A program made the position numbers and the translations under genes. Under the pieces are notes generated by a model. The model did no database searches, was not told the DNA's origin, and worked only from the letters and a program-made list of their open reading frames with translations. Below are positions 55,396-64,000 of a DNA stretch of 64,000 bases, piece by piece (within the stretch, counting starts at the first letter, position 1; every line of letters begins with the position of its first letter). Source of the DNA: Aureliella sp. (GTDB lineage Bacteria > Planctomycetota > Planctomycetia > Pirellulales > Pirellulaceae). The stretch is taken from assembly GCA_963691875.1 (NCBI GenBank), contig OY829846.1:1952001-2016000 (forward strand). The letters run 5' to 3'.

Positions 55396-57393
55396 ATGCC
55401 GATTTTAGCCCCTATCTCGCAACGAGCCCCACTCTCAGTGCTTTTCGGATTATGTTTTCTTCCCACGGCAATCGCTGACGGGCCCAAAGACAACGATCCG
55501 AAAAGCGTTCGTGCAGTTCCGCCTATCGGAATCGAAATCGAGGCAGGAGAATTCGACGAATATAAAAAACGCGCCAGAGCAATCCGAACTGCACTTAGTG
55601 CCTTGGATGAACCCGATGCTTGGAAATGCCATGTAGAAGTGTTTGCTCGTGCCGTCGAAATAACACTCGAAACCAAGATGGTTTATGGCCCTGGTGATTT
55701 GGCCGCAATCAAGAAAACGCTAGCCGAAGGAGAACGTCGACTAAGAGCCCTTGCATCTGGAAAAAGGCAGGATATTCTCGGCCGAAACCTGGGAAAAAGT
55801 CCGCTGATTGTGGGTGGCTTTCGCTCCAAGATCGATGACTCGGTCCAGCCATTCGGGGTCGAGCTCCCTCCCAACTGGGGCTTCTATGACGGAGAAATGC
55901 GATTGGACGTATGGCTACATGGTCGTGGCGAACGGGTGAGCGAAGTCAAGTTCCTGCAACAGAGATCGACGTCCCCAGGCCAATACCAACCCAAGAACAC
56001 AATTGTGCTACATCCTTACGGTCGCTACAGCAACGCGTTCAAGTTCGCCGGCGAAATTGATGTTCTGGAAGCGATCGAGTGCGTCAAGCAGCTTTGGTCT
56101 GTAGACGAGACTCGTATTACCATTCGCGGCTTCTCGATGGGTGGCGCCGGTTGTTGGCAAATGGCGGTTCACTATCCGAATCTCTGGGCAGCAGCGAACC
56201 CAGGAGCCGGCTTTAGCGAAACACGCGAGTTCCTACGCGTTTTCCAAGATGAAGATTTCCAGCCCACTTGGTATCAAAACAATCTTTTGCACTGGTACGA
56301 CTGCCCCGACTGGACGAATAACTTGCGTAACGTACCGACCGTTGCCTACAGTGGCGAGGTCGATCGTCAAAAACAAGCGGCTGACGTGATGGAAGCAGCC
56401 TTTGCAACCCGCGACATGAAGCTGCCACATATCATCGGGCCGAAAACCGGACACAAGATCCATCCGGACTCTAAAGTCGAGATTCAGAAATGGCTGGACG
56501 AAGAGCTGGCGGGCGGAAAGCCTAAACTGCCAAAAGAAATCGACATGACAACCTATTCCTTGCGTTACAACGAGCTTGGTTGGCTACGCGTTACGGGACT
56601 GGAGCAGCACTGGGAAGAATCGCGAATTCACGGGGCACTAAAGAAAGATGAAATTGTCCTGAAAACGCAGGGTGTCACAGGCCTTGCTTTGGTTCTTCCG
56701 AATGGGGTGTTTTCAGGCGACGCATTTAAGCTACAGATTGATGGCCAGGAAATCACGGCCAGCGTCGGGGGCAACTTGTCATTTCAAAAAACAGAGGCTG
56801 GCTGGGCTGCAACAGCTCCCGCACCAGGACTGCGTAAGAAACCTGGACTGCAAGGTCCAATTGACGATGCATTCATGGACGCTTTCACCTTCGTTGGTCC
56901 AAGTGTAGAAGATGATTCGATCGTCGGACGCTGGGCGGAAAGCGAGTACGAGCGAGCTAAGCATGAATGGAGGCGTCAATTCCGCGGCGAAATCGTGGAA
57001 GACACACTCGCCACATTGACCGAGAAAGAACTCGCCAATCGCAATCTCGTTCTTTTCGGCACGTCCCAATCCAACCCCTTGATCGCCAAAGTCCTGTCAG
57101 AGCTGCCGATCAAGTGGACGCCGGATACTGTGCAATTCGGTGGCGTCAAACATGAAGGCAATGTTGCTCCTATACTGATCTACCCTAACCCGCTCAATCC
57201 AGAGCGCTACGTGGTGATCAACAGCGGGTTCACCTATCGCGAGTACGCATATCTGAACAACGCTCGACAAATCCCGATGCTGCCGGACTGGGCGATTGTA
57301 GATGTCACCGAAGGCGGTACGACTCAGTATCCGGGCAAAGTCCTTTCCGCTGGGTTCTTTGATGAAGAGTGGAACGTATCAGATCGTAGGTGA
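55396..57393 (+). CDS. Secreted alpha/beta-hydrolase (S9 peptidase/esterase-like)
   Basis: DDSVQPF, VWLHGRG, nucleophile elbow GFSMGG, GEVD and GHK. Confidence 0.8.
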   Translation: MPILAPISQRAPLSVLFGLCFLPTAIADGPKDNDPKSVRAVPPIGIEIEAGEFDEYKKRARAIRTALSALDEPDAWKCHVEVFARAVEITLETKMVYGPGDLAAIKKTLAEGERRLRALASGKRQDILGRNLGKSPLIVGGFRSKIDDSVQPFGVELPPNWGFYDGEMRLDVWLHGRGERVSEVKFLQQRSTSPGQYQPKNTIVLHPYGRYSNAFKFAGEIDVLEAIECVKQLWSVDETRITIRGFSMGGAGCWQMAVHYPNLWAAANPGAGFSETREFLRVFQDEDFQPTWYQNNLLHWYDCPDWTNNLRNVPTVAYSGEVDRQKQAADVMEAAFATRDMKLPHIIGPKTGHKIHPDSKVEIQKWLDEELAGGKPKLPKEIDMTTYSLRYNELGWLRVTGLEQHWEESRIHGALKKDEIVLKTQGVTGLALVLPNGVFSGDAFKLQIDGQEITASVGGNLSFQKTEAGWAATAPAPGLRKKPGLQGPIDDAFMDAFTFVGPSVEDDSIVGRWAESEYERAKHEWRRQFRGEIVEDTLATLTEKELANRNLVLFGTSQSNPLIAKVLSELPIKWTPDTVQFGGVKHEGNVAPILIYPNPLNPERYVVINSGFTYREYAYLNNARQIPMLPDWAIVDVTEGGTTQYPGKVLSAGFFDEEWNVSDRR

Positions 57394-57549
57394 GCCGCAT
57401 CGCCGTCAGGCCTTCAGAGTGCAGTCAAGTACAATCAAGACGCGCAGGCGACTTAGACTCAGTGCGTTCGATGTGGGATTGTTCGGTATCAAGCCTGCGA
57501 CTCACTGGCTTGCGCCACGTGTTCTACCTAAGTTCAAGCGGCCGCCTCA

Positions 57550-59259
57550 TCAAGGTGTTGGCAAGGCTTCGACCAGTGGAAAGAACTTCGCGCCCAACAG
57601 CGTGACACCAAAGCCAACAATACCCATCAACGTGAGTGCAACAGAGAAAGTCTGCAAGGTCTGAGTCGGCTTAAGCCCCGTCATGGTGGTGACTTGCCAA
57701 AAGCCGCTATCATTCATCCAAGGTAATGGCTTCGAACCGCAACCAATGGCTAAGGCAATGTAAAGCGGGTGGAATGGCATCGAACTCGTGTCGATCAGAG
57801 GGGCGATAATGGCCGAGGAAGTGATCATCGACACCGTTGCACTCCCTTGTGCGAATCGAACCAAAGCCGTCAATAGAAAGGCGGCATATAGCATCGTCCA
57901 GGGCGAAGACAGATCTTGAAATTGGTCGCCAATTGCATTAGCCAGGTCGAGTCCTTTCAGCGATTTCCCAAAAGCTCCGCCCGCACAAGTTAGCAAAATG
58001 ATCGTCCCGGCGTCAGACAGTCCTTTGGCGACAGCTTTCCCAACGGAGTCCCGTCCACCATAGCGGTGCAAAATCGCAATGGCGGCTAATGCAGCTCCGA
58101 TGAAAACGAGCGTTGGATCATTGACCAGCTGTGTCCATTCATGCAATGCCAAGTAGCGGGATGTCGCCGGCTTGTCCCTCGCCATGACTTCCACAGCCTC
58201 TGATCCGCCAAGCAGCATAATGGGAATGGCAACCGGCAGAGCGGCAACCCAGAGCGGAAGCTTCTTGCTGGGTTCGACAGAGTTGCTTTTTTCGTCAAGC
58301 TGAGATGAATCAAGCTGCACCCATCTAGGACAGAGACAGCCATAAGCGAATCCTGCACATGCTGCAGAGCCGCCGACAACGAGTCCCGCAAACATCATCA
58401 TCCCTAAGCCGATTTGAAAATCGGGGTCCCGAATCTCTGCATTTACTTGCTGGACAACCAGCAGCGGCCCGGGAGTCGGCGGAACCAATGAATGCGCCAT
58501 AGTTGCACCGACAACAATCGCCATGACCGCAGTCAGCATCTTTTCTGGACTTGCTCGACCGACACTCTTTGCCAGCGGTAGCAGCAAGTAGAAAACATTG
58601 TCGAAGAAAACTGGAATTCCCAGTACAAAACCACTGGCTGTCAGGGCTGGCGTTGTTCCTCGTTTGCCAAATAGAGCCACTATGGCCATCACTAGCCTTG
58701 AGGCAGCCCCACTTTGCAGCAAACAGATACCGACGATAGCTGCCATCGTGACTGGAATACCAATCTTCTGGAAGGTGCCCGCGAATCCGCTTACAAGTCT
58801 GTCCCCAAGGCCAGTCCAGCGCTGGCCGCCCAACTCTTCGTACTTCGATTTGGAGACAATGATGGCTCCGGCTGAGATCGATAACTCCTTCGCCTCAGCA
58901 CCATACCAAACGAGGTTCGAGGGGGAGAGCTCGCCGCGATTCTCGGCTACGGAAAGTTGTTTGCTGGAAGCCCGCGTCAAAGTCAGCGAGTTAGACTCCG
59001 CTGCGATAGTCTTGTTTCCAAGAAACACATATTCGCCATCTGCACTGTTTTGCTTTAGGCCAATCAGCCCGTTTGAGGTCATACCTGCAATTTCCAGCTG
59101 GTACTGGTCCAAATAACTCTTGTGAACGAGCTCTTCCGGAGTTGCAGCCAGCAAGAAAAGGCTTCCAATCAGCAAACCAATCAAAGGGGGTAATCGAAAC
59201 AGGAGAATGAGCAAGAGTACGAGGACTATGCCAGCGAGCGCGATGAGGATGGTGCTCAT
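57550..59259 (-). CDS. GntP-family gluconate:H+ symporter with an extracytoplasmic insert
   Basis: GIPVFFD, AHSLVPPTPGP, AGGAFG, AQGSATV and WMNDSGFW. Confidence 0.9.
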   Translation of the reverse strand: MSTILIALAGIVLVLLLILLFRLPPLIGLLIGSLFLLAATPEELVHKSYLDQYQLEIAGMTSNGLIGLKQNSADGEYVFLGNKTIAAESNSLTLTRASSKQLSVAENRGELSPSNLVWYGAEAKELSISAGAIIVSKSKYEELGGQRWTGLGDRLVSGFAGTFQKIGIPVTMAAIVGICLLQSGAASRLVMAIVALFGKRGTTPALTASGFVLGIPVFFDNVFYLLLPLAKSVGRASPEKMLTAVMAIVVGATMAHSLVPPTPGPLLVVQQVNAEIRDPDFQIGLGMMMFAGLVVGGSAACAGFAYGCLCPRWVQLDSSQLDEKSNSVEPSKKLPLWVAALPVAIPIMLLGGSEAVEVMARDKPATSRYLALHEWTQLVNDPTLVFIGAALAAIAILHRYGGRDSVGKAVAKGLSDAGTIILLTCAGGAFGKSLKGLDLANAIGDQFQDLSSPWTMLYAAFLLTALVRFAQGSATVSMITSSAIIAPLIDTSSMPFHPLYIALAIGCGSKPLPWMNDSGFWQVTTMTGLKPTQTLQTFSVALTLMGIVGFGVTLLGAKFFPLVEALPTP

Positions 59260-59602
59260 TTCAGATCCAAGTTGAGACACAGCCACGTGCCCTGCGGCAA
59301 GTCAGTGGCAGAGAAGGCAGGGAGTTCCCTATAACTTAATCGATATCTGGCACCAACGCCTGCGCTGATTGAGTATTGGGTAAGTAACTTTCGCAGTCCG
59401 AGTTCATCGAGGAATTCTGGGAGAGTCCGACTATCCGGGTGGGTGACCTACTCCAACATCTTGTACAGCCAGGGTATCACAGTGTCGTTGCACTCGATCG
59501 CGTTCAACGGAGTCTAGTCTTATTGATCATTGGAATATGGCAGTCTAGATTGCAGAGAAACGAGTGCCCTCGACGCCTCAATGGCTTTCACCGAAAGAAA
59601 TC

Positions 59603-61339
59603 ATGACCAATCGAAATCCCGACCGTGATCCGAGTTTGCTACGCAGTCATCGTTGGTTTGCTCCAGATGATCTCCGCAGCGCCGGACATCGTGCTCGCTT
59701 CAAAGGAATGGGCTGGGACGACGGTGACTATCAAGACAAGCCGATCATCGCGATCCTGAATACTTGGAGTGATCTAAACACTTGCCATTCACATTTTAAG
59801 GAACGAGTCCAAGATGTGCGTCGCGGCATTCTGCAAGCTGGCGGTTTTCCTGTAGAAGTCCCGGTTATGAGCCTGGGCGAAATGCTGATGAAGCCGACGA
59901 CGATGCTCTACCGGAATCTGCTGGCAATGGAAGCAGAGGAAGTGCTGCGATGCCATCCCATCGACGGAGCCGTACTGATGGGCGGCTGCGACAAGACTGT
60001 TCCTGCACTATTGATGGGGGCAATTTCGGCCGATATCCCTTCCATCTTCATGCCTGCCGGACCAATGCTAAAAGCAAAGTGGAAGGATCAAACTTTGGGC
60101 AGTGGCTCTGATGTTTGGAAGTACTGGGCCGAGCGATGTGCAGGTAATCTGTGTGATGGCGACTGGAAAGAAATCGAAAATTGCATTGGGCGATCAGCCG
60201 GAACCTGCATGACCATGGGCACCGCGTCAACGATGGCATGCATCACTGAAGCGATGGGCATGTCGCTGCCGGGCTCCGCTTGCACGCCAGCGGTCGTTGC
60301 GGAACATCATCGGCTGGGAGTGCGTTCTGGTCGTCGCGCCGTGGAGCTGGCTTGGGATCAAATAAAACCAAGTGATCTGCTTGACGAAAAGTCGATTGAG
60401 AATGCAATTGTCACGGACATGACTATTGGCGGCTCCACCAATGCGATTGTGCACATCGTGGCCTTGGCAGGCAGGCTGGGGTTTGAACTGCCGCTTGAAA
60501 AGTTCGACGAGATATCGAAACGCGTTCCAGTCTTGGGCGATATTCGTCCGAGCGGTCGCTATTTAATGGAGGACTTCTACGATGCGGGCGGATTGGCAGC
60601 GCTTCTGGATCGCTTACGGGATTGCCTGCACTTGGATTGCCCAACGGTCGCCGGAGCGACCCTGGGCGAACAAATTAAAGGAGCCGAGGTGGTAGACGAC
60701 GGAGTCATCCGCACTCGCGAAAATCCCGTTTCGGCCAGTGGCGGGACATGCGTGCTGCGTGGAAACCTTGCTCCCGATGGCTGCGTGATCAAGTCGATTG
60801 CAGCTGATCCCAAGTTGCTCACGCATCGCGGCCCCGCCGTGGTTTTCAATGATTATCCCGACATGAAAGAAAAGATCAACGATCCAGACTTAGATGTGAC
60901 TGCAGACAGCGTCATAGTGCTTCGCAGCGCGGGACCATTGGGAGCTCCAGGCTTTCCCGAATGGGGCATGTTACCGATTCCCAACAAGCTACTGAAGGAA
61001 GGTGTCCGTGATATGCTGCGAATCTCAGACGCTCGCATGAGTGGCACGAGCTACGGGACTTGTGTACTACATGTTTCGCCGGAGAGTCACCTCGGAGGGC
61101 CTTTGGCTTTGGTGCAAACGGGTGACGAAATTGAAATCGATGTGGAGCAGCGTTTGATCCATTGGCACGTGGAAGACGAAGAGATTGCTCGACGAAAAGC
61201 TGCTTGGACCCCGCCCGAGCCGCGTTGGGAACGCGGCTACCATGCCTTGTTCGCCAAGCATGTGACTCAAGCTCAACAAGGTTGCGACTTTGATTTCCTC
61301 GCTGGCAGATCCCCTGGTCAAGATCCCGATATCTTCTAG
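59603..61339 (+). CDS. IlvD/Edd-family sugar-acid dehydratase (L-arabinonate dehydratase-like)
   Basis: NTWSDLNTCH, KPTTMLYRNL, GGCDKT, CMTMGTASTM, GGSTN and SDARMSGT. Confidence 0.9.
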   Translation: MTNRNPDRDPSLLRSHRWFAPDDLRSAGHRARFKGMGWDDGDYQDKPIIAILNTWSDLNTCHSHFKERVQDVRRGILQAGGFPVEVPVMSLGEMLMKPTTMLYRNLLAMEAEEVLRCHPIDGAVLMGGCDKTVPALLMGAISADIPSIFMPAGPMLKAKWKDQTLGSGSDVWKYWAERCAGNLCDGDWKEIENCIGRSAGTCMTMGTASTMACITEAMGMSLPGSACTPAVVAEHHRLGVRSGRRAVELAWDQIKPSDLLDEKSIENAIVTDMTIGGSTNAIVHIVALAGRLGFELPLEKFDEISKRVPVLGDIRPSGRYLMEDFYDAGGLAALLDRLRDCLHLDCPTVAGATLGEQIKGAEVVDDGVIRTRENPVSASGGTCVLRGNLAPDGCVIKSIAADPKLLTHRGPAVVFNDYPDMKEKINDPDLDVTADSVIVLRSAGPLGAPGFPEWGMLPIPNKLLKEGVRDMLRISDARMSGTSYGTCVLHVSPESHLGGPLALVQTGDEIEIDVEQRLIHWHVEDEEIARRKAAWTPPEPRWERGYHALFAKHVTQAQQGCDFDFLAGRSPGQDPDIF

Positions 61340-61349
61340 ACCGAGCAGG

Positions 61350-62786
61350 CTACTCTGAAGCGAGCTCTGGGAATACCGATTTGAGGTCCAGCTTGTCTTG
61401 CTGGAATTCTTGGTGCTCGAGCAACTTGGCAAACAGCTGCTTGATGATCGGCTGTGATTCAGGCTCGTCAGCCAAATCTACCATCTCATCAGGATCGTCC
61501 TTTAAGTTAAAAAGTCTCACAACCTCGGCTTCGGGGTAGACGATCAACTTGTAATCGTCCGTTCGCACGCAGCGTTGCACCGCGAGATAAGCACCGTAGA
61601 TGGACTCATAACGACTCTTACCGCCTTTCATCAGCGGTAGCACGCTGTTGAACTCGACGTGTTCAGGCTTGTCGATTCCGGCGAGTTCTAAGCTGGTAGC
61701 CATCGCGTCTTGAAGATATATCGGCTCGGCGATCTTCTTGCCAGCTTCAACTCCTGGTCCAACAACCATGAACGGTACACGTAAGCTGTGATCGTACATA
61801 TTTTGCTTGCCCATCAAACCATGATGACCGCAGGCCAAGCCGTGATCGGCTGTAAAGATTATCCAAGTGTTGTTGGCCAGCCCTGACAATTTTAGGTGAT
61901 CGAGAACGCGAGCAATTTGATCATCCATGTGCGAGATGATCGCATAATATTCTTGACGATTTACCTTCACGCCGTGTTCCGTGCGTGGAAAGGTCGCTAG
62001 TTTCTCATCTCGCAGGGAGGGCCCCAATCGAATCTTGTCTTTGTGCGGATACAGTGGCAAGAAGTTCTTGGGCGTCGAGATTTTGTCGAGCGGATAACGG
62101 TCGACGTATTCTTTGGGACTCTGCCGAGGATCGTGTGGTGCGTTGAAAGCAACGTACATGAAGAACGGCTTGTCTTGTGCCTTGGCATCATCGATGAAGC
62201 CAATCGCATCGTCGCCAACAATCTCACTCCAGTGCTTTCCGCCTTGCCAAAAGCCACCAAACTTCGGGTCAGACGGGGACCAAGTATCCGTTCCATCCGC
62301 GAACGGGCGGTTGTAGCCTTCAGGTGTTTGAGCCGGCATTCCCGGTCGAATATTCTTGGCAACGTCAAAGGAAGCGTTCGCATCGGCTTTGCAATGCCAT
62401 TTACCGGTGAAGTATGTCTTGTAGCCGGCGCCTTTCATGTACTCGCTCCACCAACGCCCCGCTTTCTGCTCTTCTTTACTCTTGGCGTGAAACTTGTTCG
62501 CACGCCAGACAAACCGACCACTATTGAGCATCATCCGACTGGCAACGCATACGGCACCGCTCCACGAGCCCATATTGAATGCATGCGTGAACGTGGTGCC
62601 TTCGCGTACCAGACGATCCAATGTGGGTGTCTGAATCTCCGAGTTACCAAGTTCATGGATCGTTTCGAAAGACTGGTCATCTGCAAAGATGAACAAGATG
62701 TTCGGCTTCTCGTTCTGTCCAAGGCACGTCGAGGCGAGGCAACAGAATAGGGCAAAGCTCAATAGGAATCGACGAAACGCGGGCAT
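61350..62786 (-). CDS. Sulfatase family protein (choline-sulfatase-like)
   Basis: PNILFIFADD, AVCVASR, GKWH, APHDPR and DHGL...GKQNMY. Confidence 0.92.
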   Translation of the reverse strand: MPAFRRFLLSFALFCCLASTCLGQNEKPNILFIFADDQSFETIHELGNSEIQTPTLDRLVREGTTFTHAFNMGSWSGAVCVASRMMLNSGRFVWRANKFHAKSKEEQKAGRWWSEYMKGAGYKTYFTGKWHCKADANASFDVAKNIRPGMPAQTPEGYNRPFADGTDTWSPSDPKFGGFWQGGKHWSEIVGDDAIGFIDDAKAQDKPFFMYVAFNAPHDPRQSPKEYVDRYPLDKISTPKNFLPLYPHKDKIRLGPSLRDEKLATFPRTEHGVKVNRQEYYAIISHMDDQIARVLDHLKLSGLANNTWIIFTADHGLACGHHGLMGKQNMYDHSLRVPFMVVGPGVEAGKKIAEPIYLQDAMATSLELAGIDKPEHVEFNSVLPLMKGGKSRYESIYGAYLAVQRCVRTDDYKLIVYPEAEVVRLFNLKDDPDEMVDLADEPESQPIIKQLFAKLLEHQEFQQDKLDLKSVFPELASE

Positions 62787-63230
62787 GTGATGAGCCTTCG
62801 AAACGGGTGAGGTCAGTTGTAGGCGGGAAAACTAGTCTAGTCAGAAACGATTCTCTTGTGTGACACGGTTGTGACTGTCTTCCTCGTTTTGAAGCTTGCT
62901 TGAATATCGCCGACCGCTCCGCGGTCGTGCATCGCGCCGCCGCGATGGACAGAGCGCTGACTTCGCTGAGCCGTATCGCAGTATTGCCTTGGGCATCGCG
63001 CGAACAACGAATGCAATGCACGAGCAACAAATTAGGTAGCGGCCATTCCGGACAAATCCAGGAATACGAACTGAAGAACCGGCGGCTAGCGCCAGCCCCC
63101 TCACAATCGAAAAAACCGCGTCTAGACTCAATAAAGAACACTAACAAGTCAGTGCCGCACGGGCTGCCCGAGGAAGGAGCGGCAGGAGCAATTGCAACAA
63201 CGGACTACTTTGAGCTGTCTACTTCCCCTG

Positions 63231-64000
63231 CTATTCCCACTCGATGGTGGCGGGAGGCTTGCTGCTGATGTCGTAACAGACGCGATTGACACCGCGAACT
63301 TCGTTGATGATGCGATTGCTGATCTTCGCAAGTAAATCGTATGGCAAGTGGCTCCAGTCTGCCGTCATGAAGTCGTCGGTGTTGACAGAGCGCACGGCAA
63401 CCGCATTCTCGTAAGTACGAGCATCACCCATCACACCAACACTTTGCACCGGAAGCATCACTGCGAAGGCTTGGGACGTCTCGCGATAGAGTCCAGCCTC
63501 TTTTATTTCGCTGACCACGATATGGTCGGCTTCTCGCAACACATCGAGCTTTTCTTTCGTGACTTCACCCAAGCAGCGTACGGCGAGGCCCGGCCCAGGG
63601 AAGGGATGCCGCCATACAAGATGCTCCGGCAACCCCAGTTCGATTCCTAACTTACGGACCTCATCCTTAAACAGATCCCGTAGCGGCTCGACAAGTTCAA
63701 ACCCGAGCTGTTCCGGCAATCCACCGACGTTGTGGTGGAGCTTGATCGTCGCTGCGGGGCCATCGGGCGCGGCACCGCTTTCAATCACGTCGGGATATAA
63801 AGTGCCTTGAGCCAAATACTTTGCACCGGAAATTTTGGTCGCTTCTTCTTTGAAGCAATCGATAAACAAGTTGCCGATACGCTTACGTTTTTCTTGCGGC
63901 TCGATAATACCTGACAAGCTATATAGGAAGCGGCTTTCTGCCTGAACGACGTGAAGGTCGGCTTGGAAGTGATCTGTGAACTCGGAGATCACCGCCGCCT
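63231..64000 (-). CDS. guaA: GMP synthase (glutamine-hydrolysing), C-terminal part; 5' end lies beyond the window
   Basis: [33 protein letters not shown] and [13 protein letters not shown]. Confidence 0.97.
   Translation of the reverse strand, partial: AAVISEFTDHFQADLHVVQAESRFLYSLSGIIEPQEKRKRIGNLFIDCFKEEATKISGAKYLAQGTLYPDVIESGAAPDGPAATIKLHHNVGGLPEQLGFELVEPLRDLFKDEVRKLGIELGLPEHLVWRHPFPGPGLAVRCLGEVTKEKLDVLREADHIVVSEIKEAGLYRETSQAFAVMLPVQSVGVMGDARTYENAVAVRSVNTDDFMTADWSHLPYDLLAKISNRIINEVRGVNRVCYDISSKPPATIEWE

Noticed and set aside
62787..63230. ORFs or riboswitch between guaA and the sulfatase
   Set aside because: It lies downstream of guaA, no purine riboswitch consensus was seen, and the ORFs lack motifs.
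1..64000. CRISPR array, tRNA, rRNA, integrase or transposase
   Set aside because: No regularly spaced repeats, cloverleaf signatures or recombinase motifs were seen by eye; a covariance-model scan would be needed to exclude small RNAs.

Overview
A gene-dense, roughly 50-55% GC bacterial window. It looks like a planctomycete (Pirellulaceae-like), judged from DUF1559/H-X9-DG, DUF1501, a PVC-type CxxCH cytochrome, several sulfatases and Ser/Thr kinase content. I can support about 40 coding regions or remnants; I saw no rRNA, tRNA, CRISPR array or intact mobile element. Housekeeping genes are rsfS, rpsR and a partial guaA. The strongest candidate for an undescribed system is the minus-strand cluster at 9341-13905: a TPR protein, ExbB/TolQ, ExbD/TolR, and a TonB/TolA-like protein. 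That last protein has a TM helix with S-x3-H and a Pro/Glu linker, but ends in a squalene-cyclase/prenyltransferase-type toroid instead of TonB_C. The cluster is preceded by a perfect 16-bp palindrome and followed by an SdpA/DUF5819-like + HTTM pair and a secreted protein with a secretin-like motif. Other highlights are a PQQ-GDH/ankyrin/second-propeller fusion near an NRAMP and a six-CxxCH cytochrome, a His-less hybrid kinase beside a decayed kinase, a CheB remnant, a Fur-family box upstream of a DUF1559 gene, a Zn-PLC/S1-P1 + DUF4332 fusion, and GTAG-type REP hairpins. All calls come from motif reading by eye; no searches were run. Some start codons were moved from the ORF track to more plausible positions.
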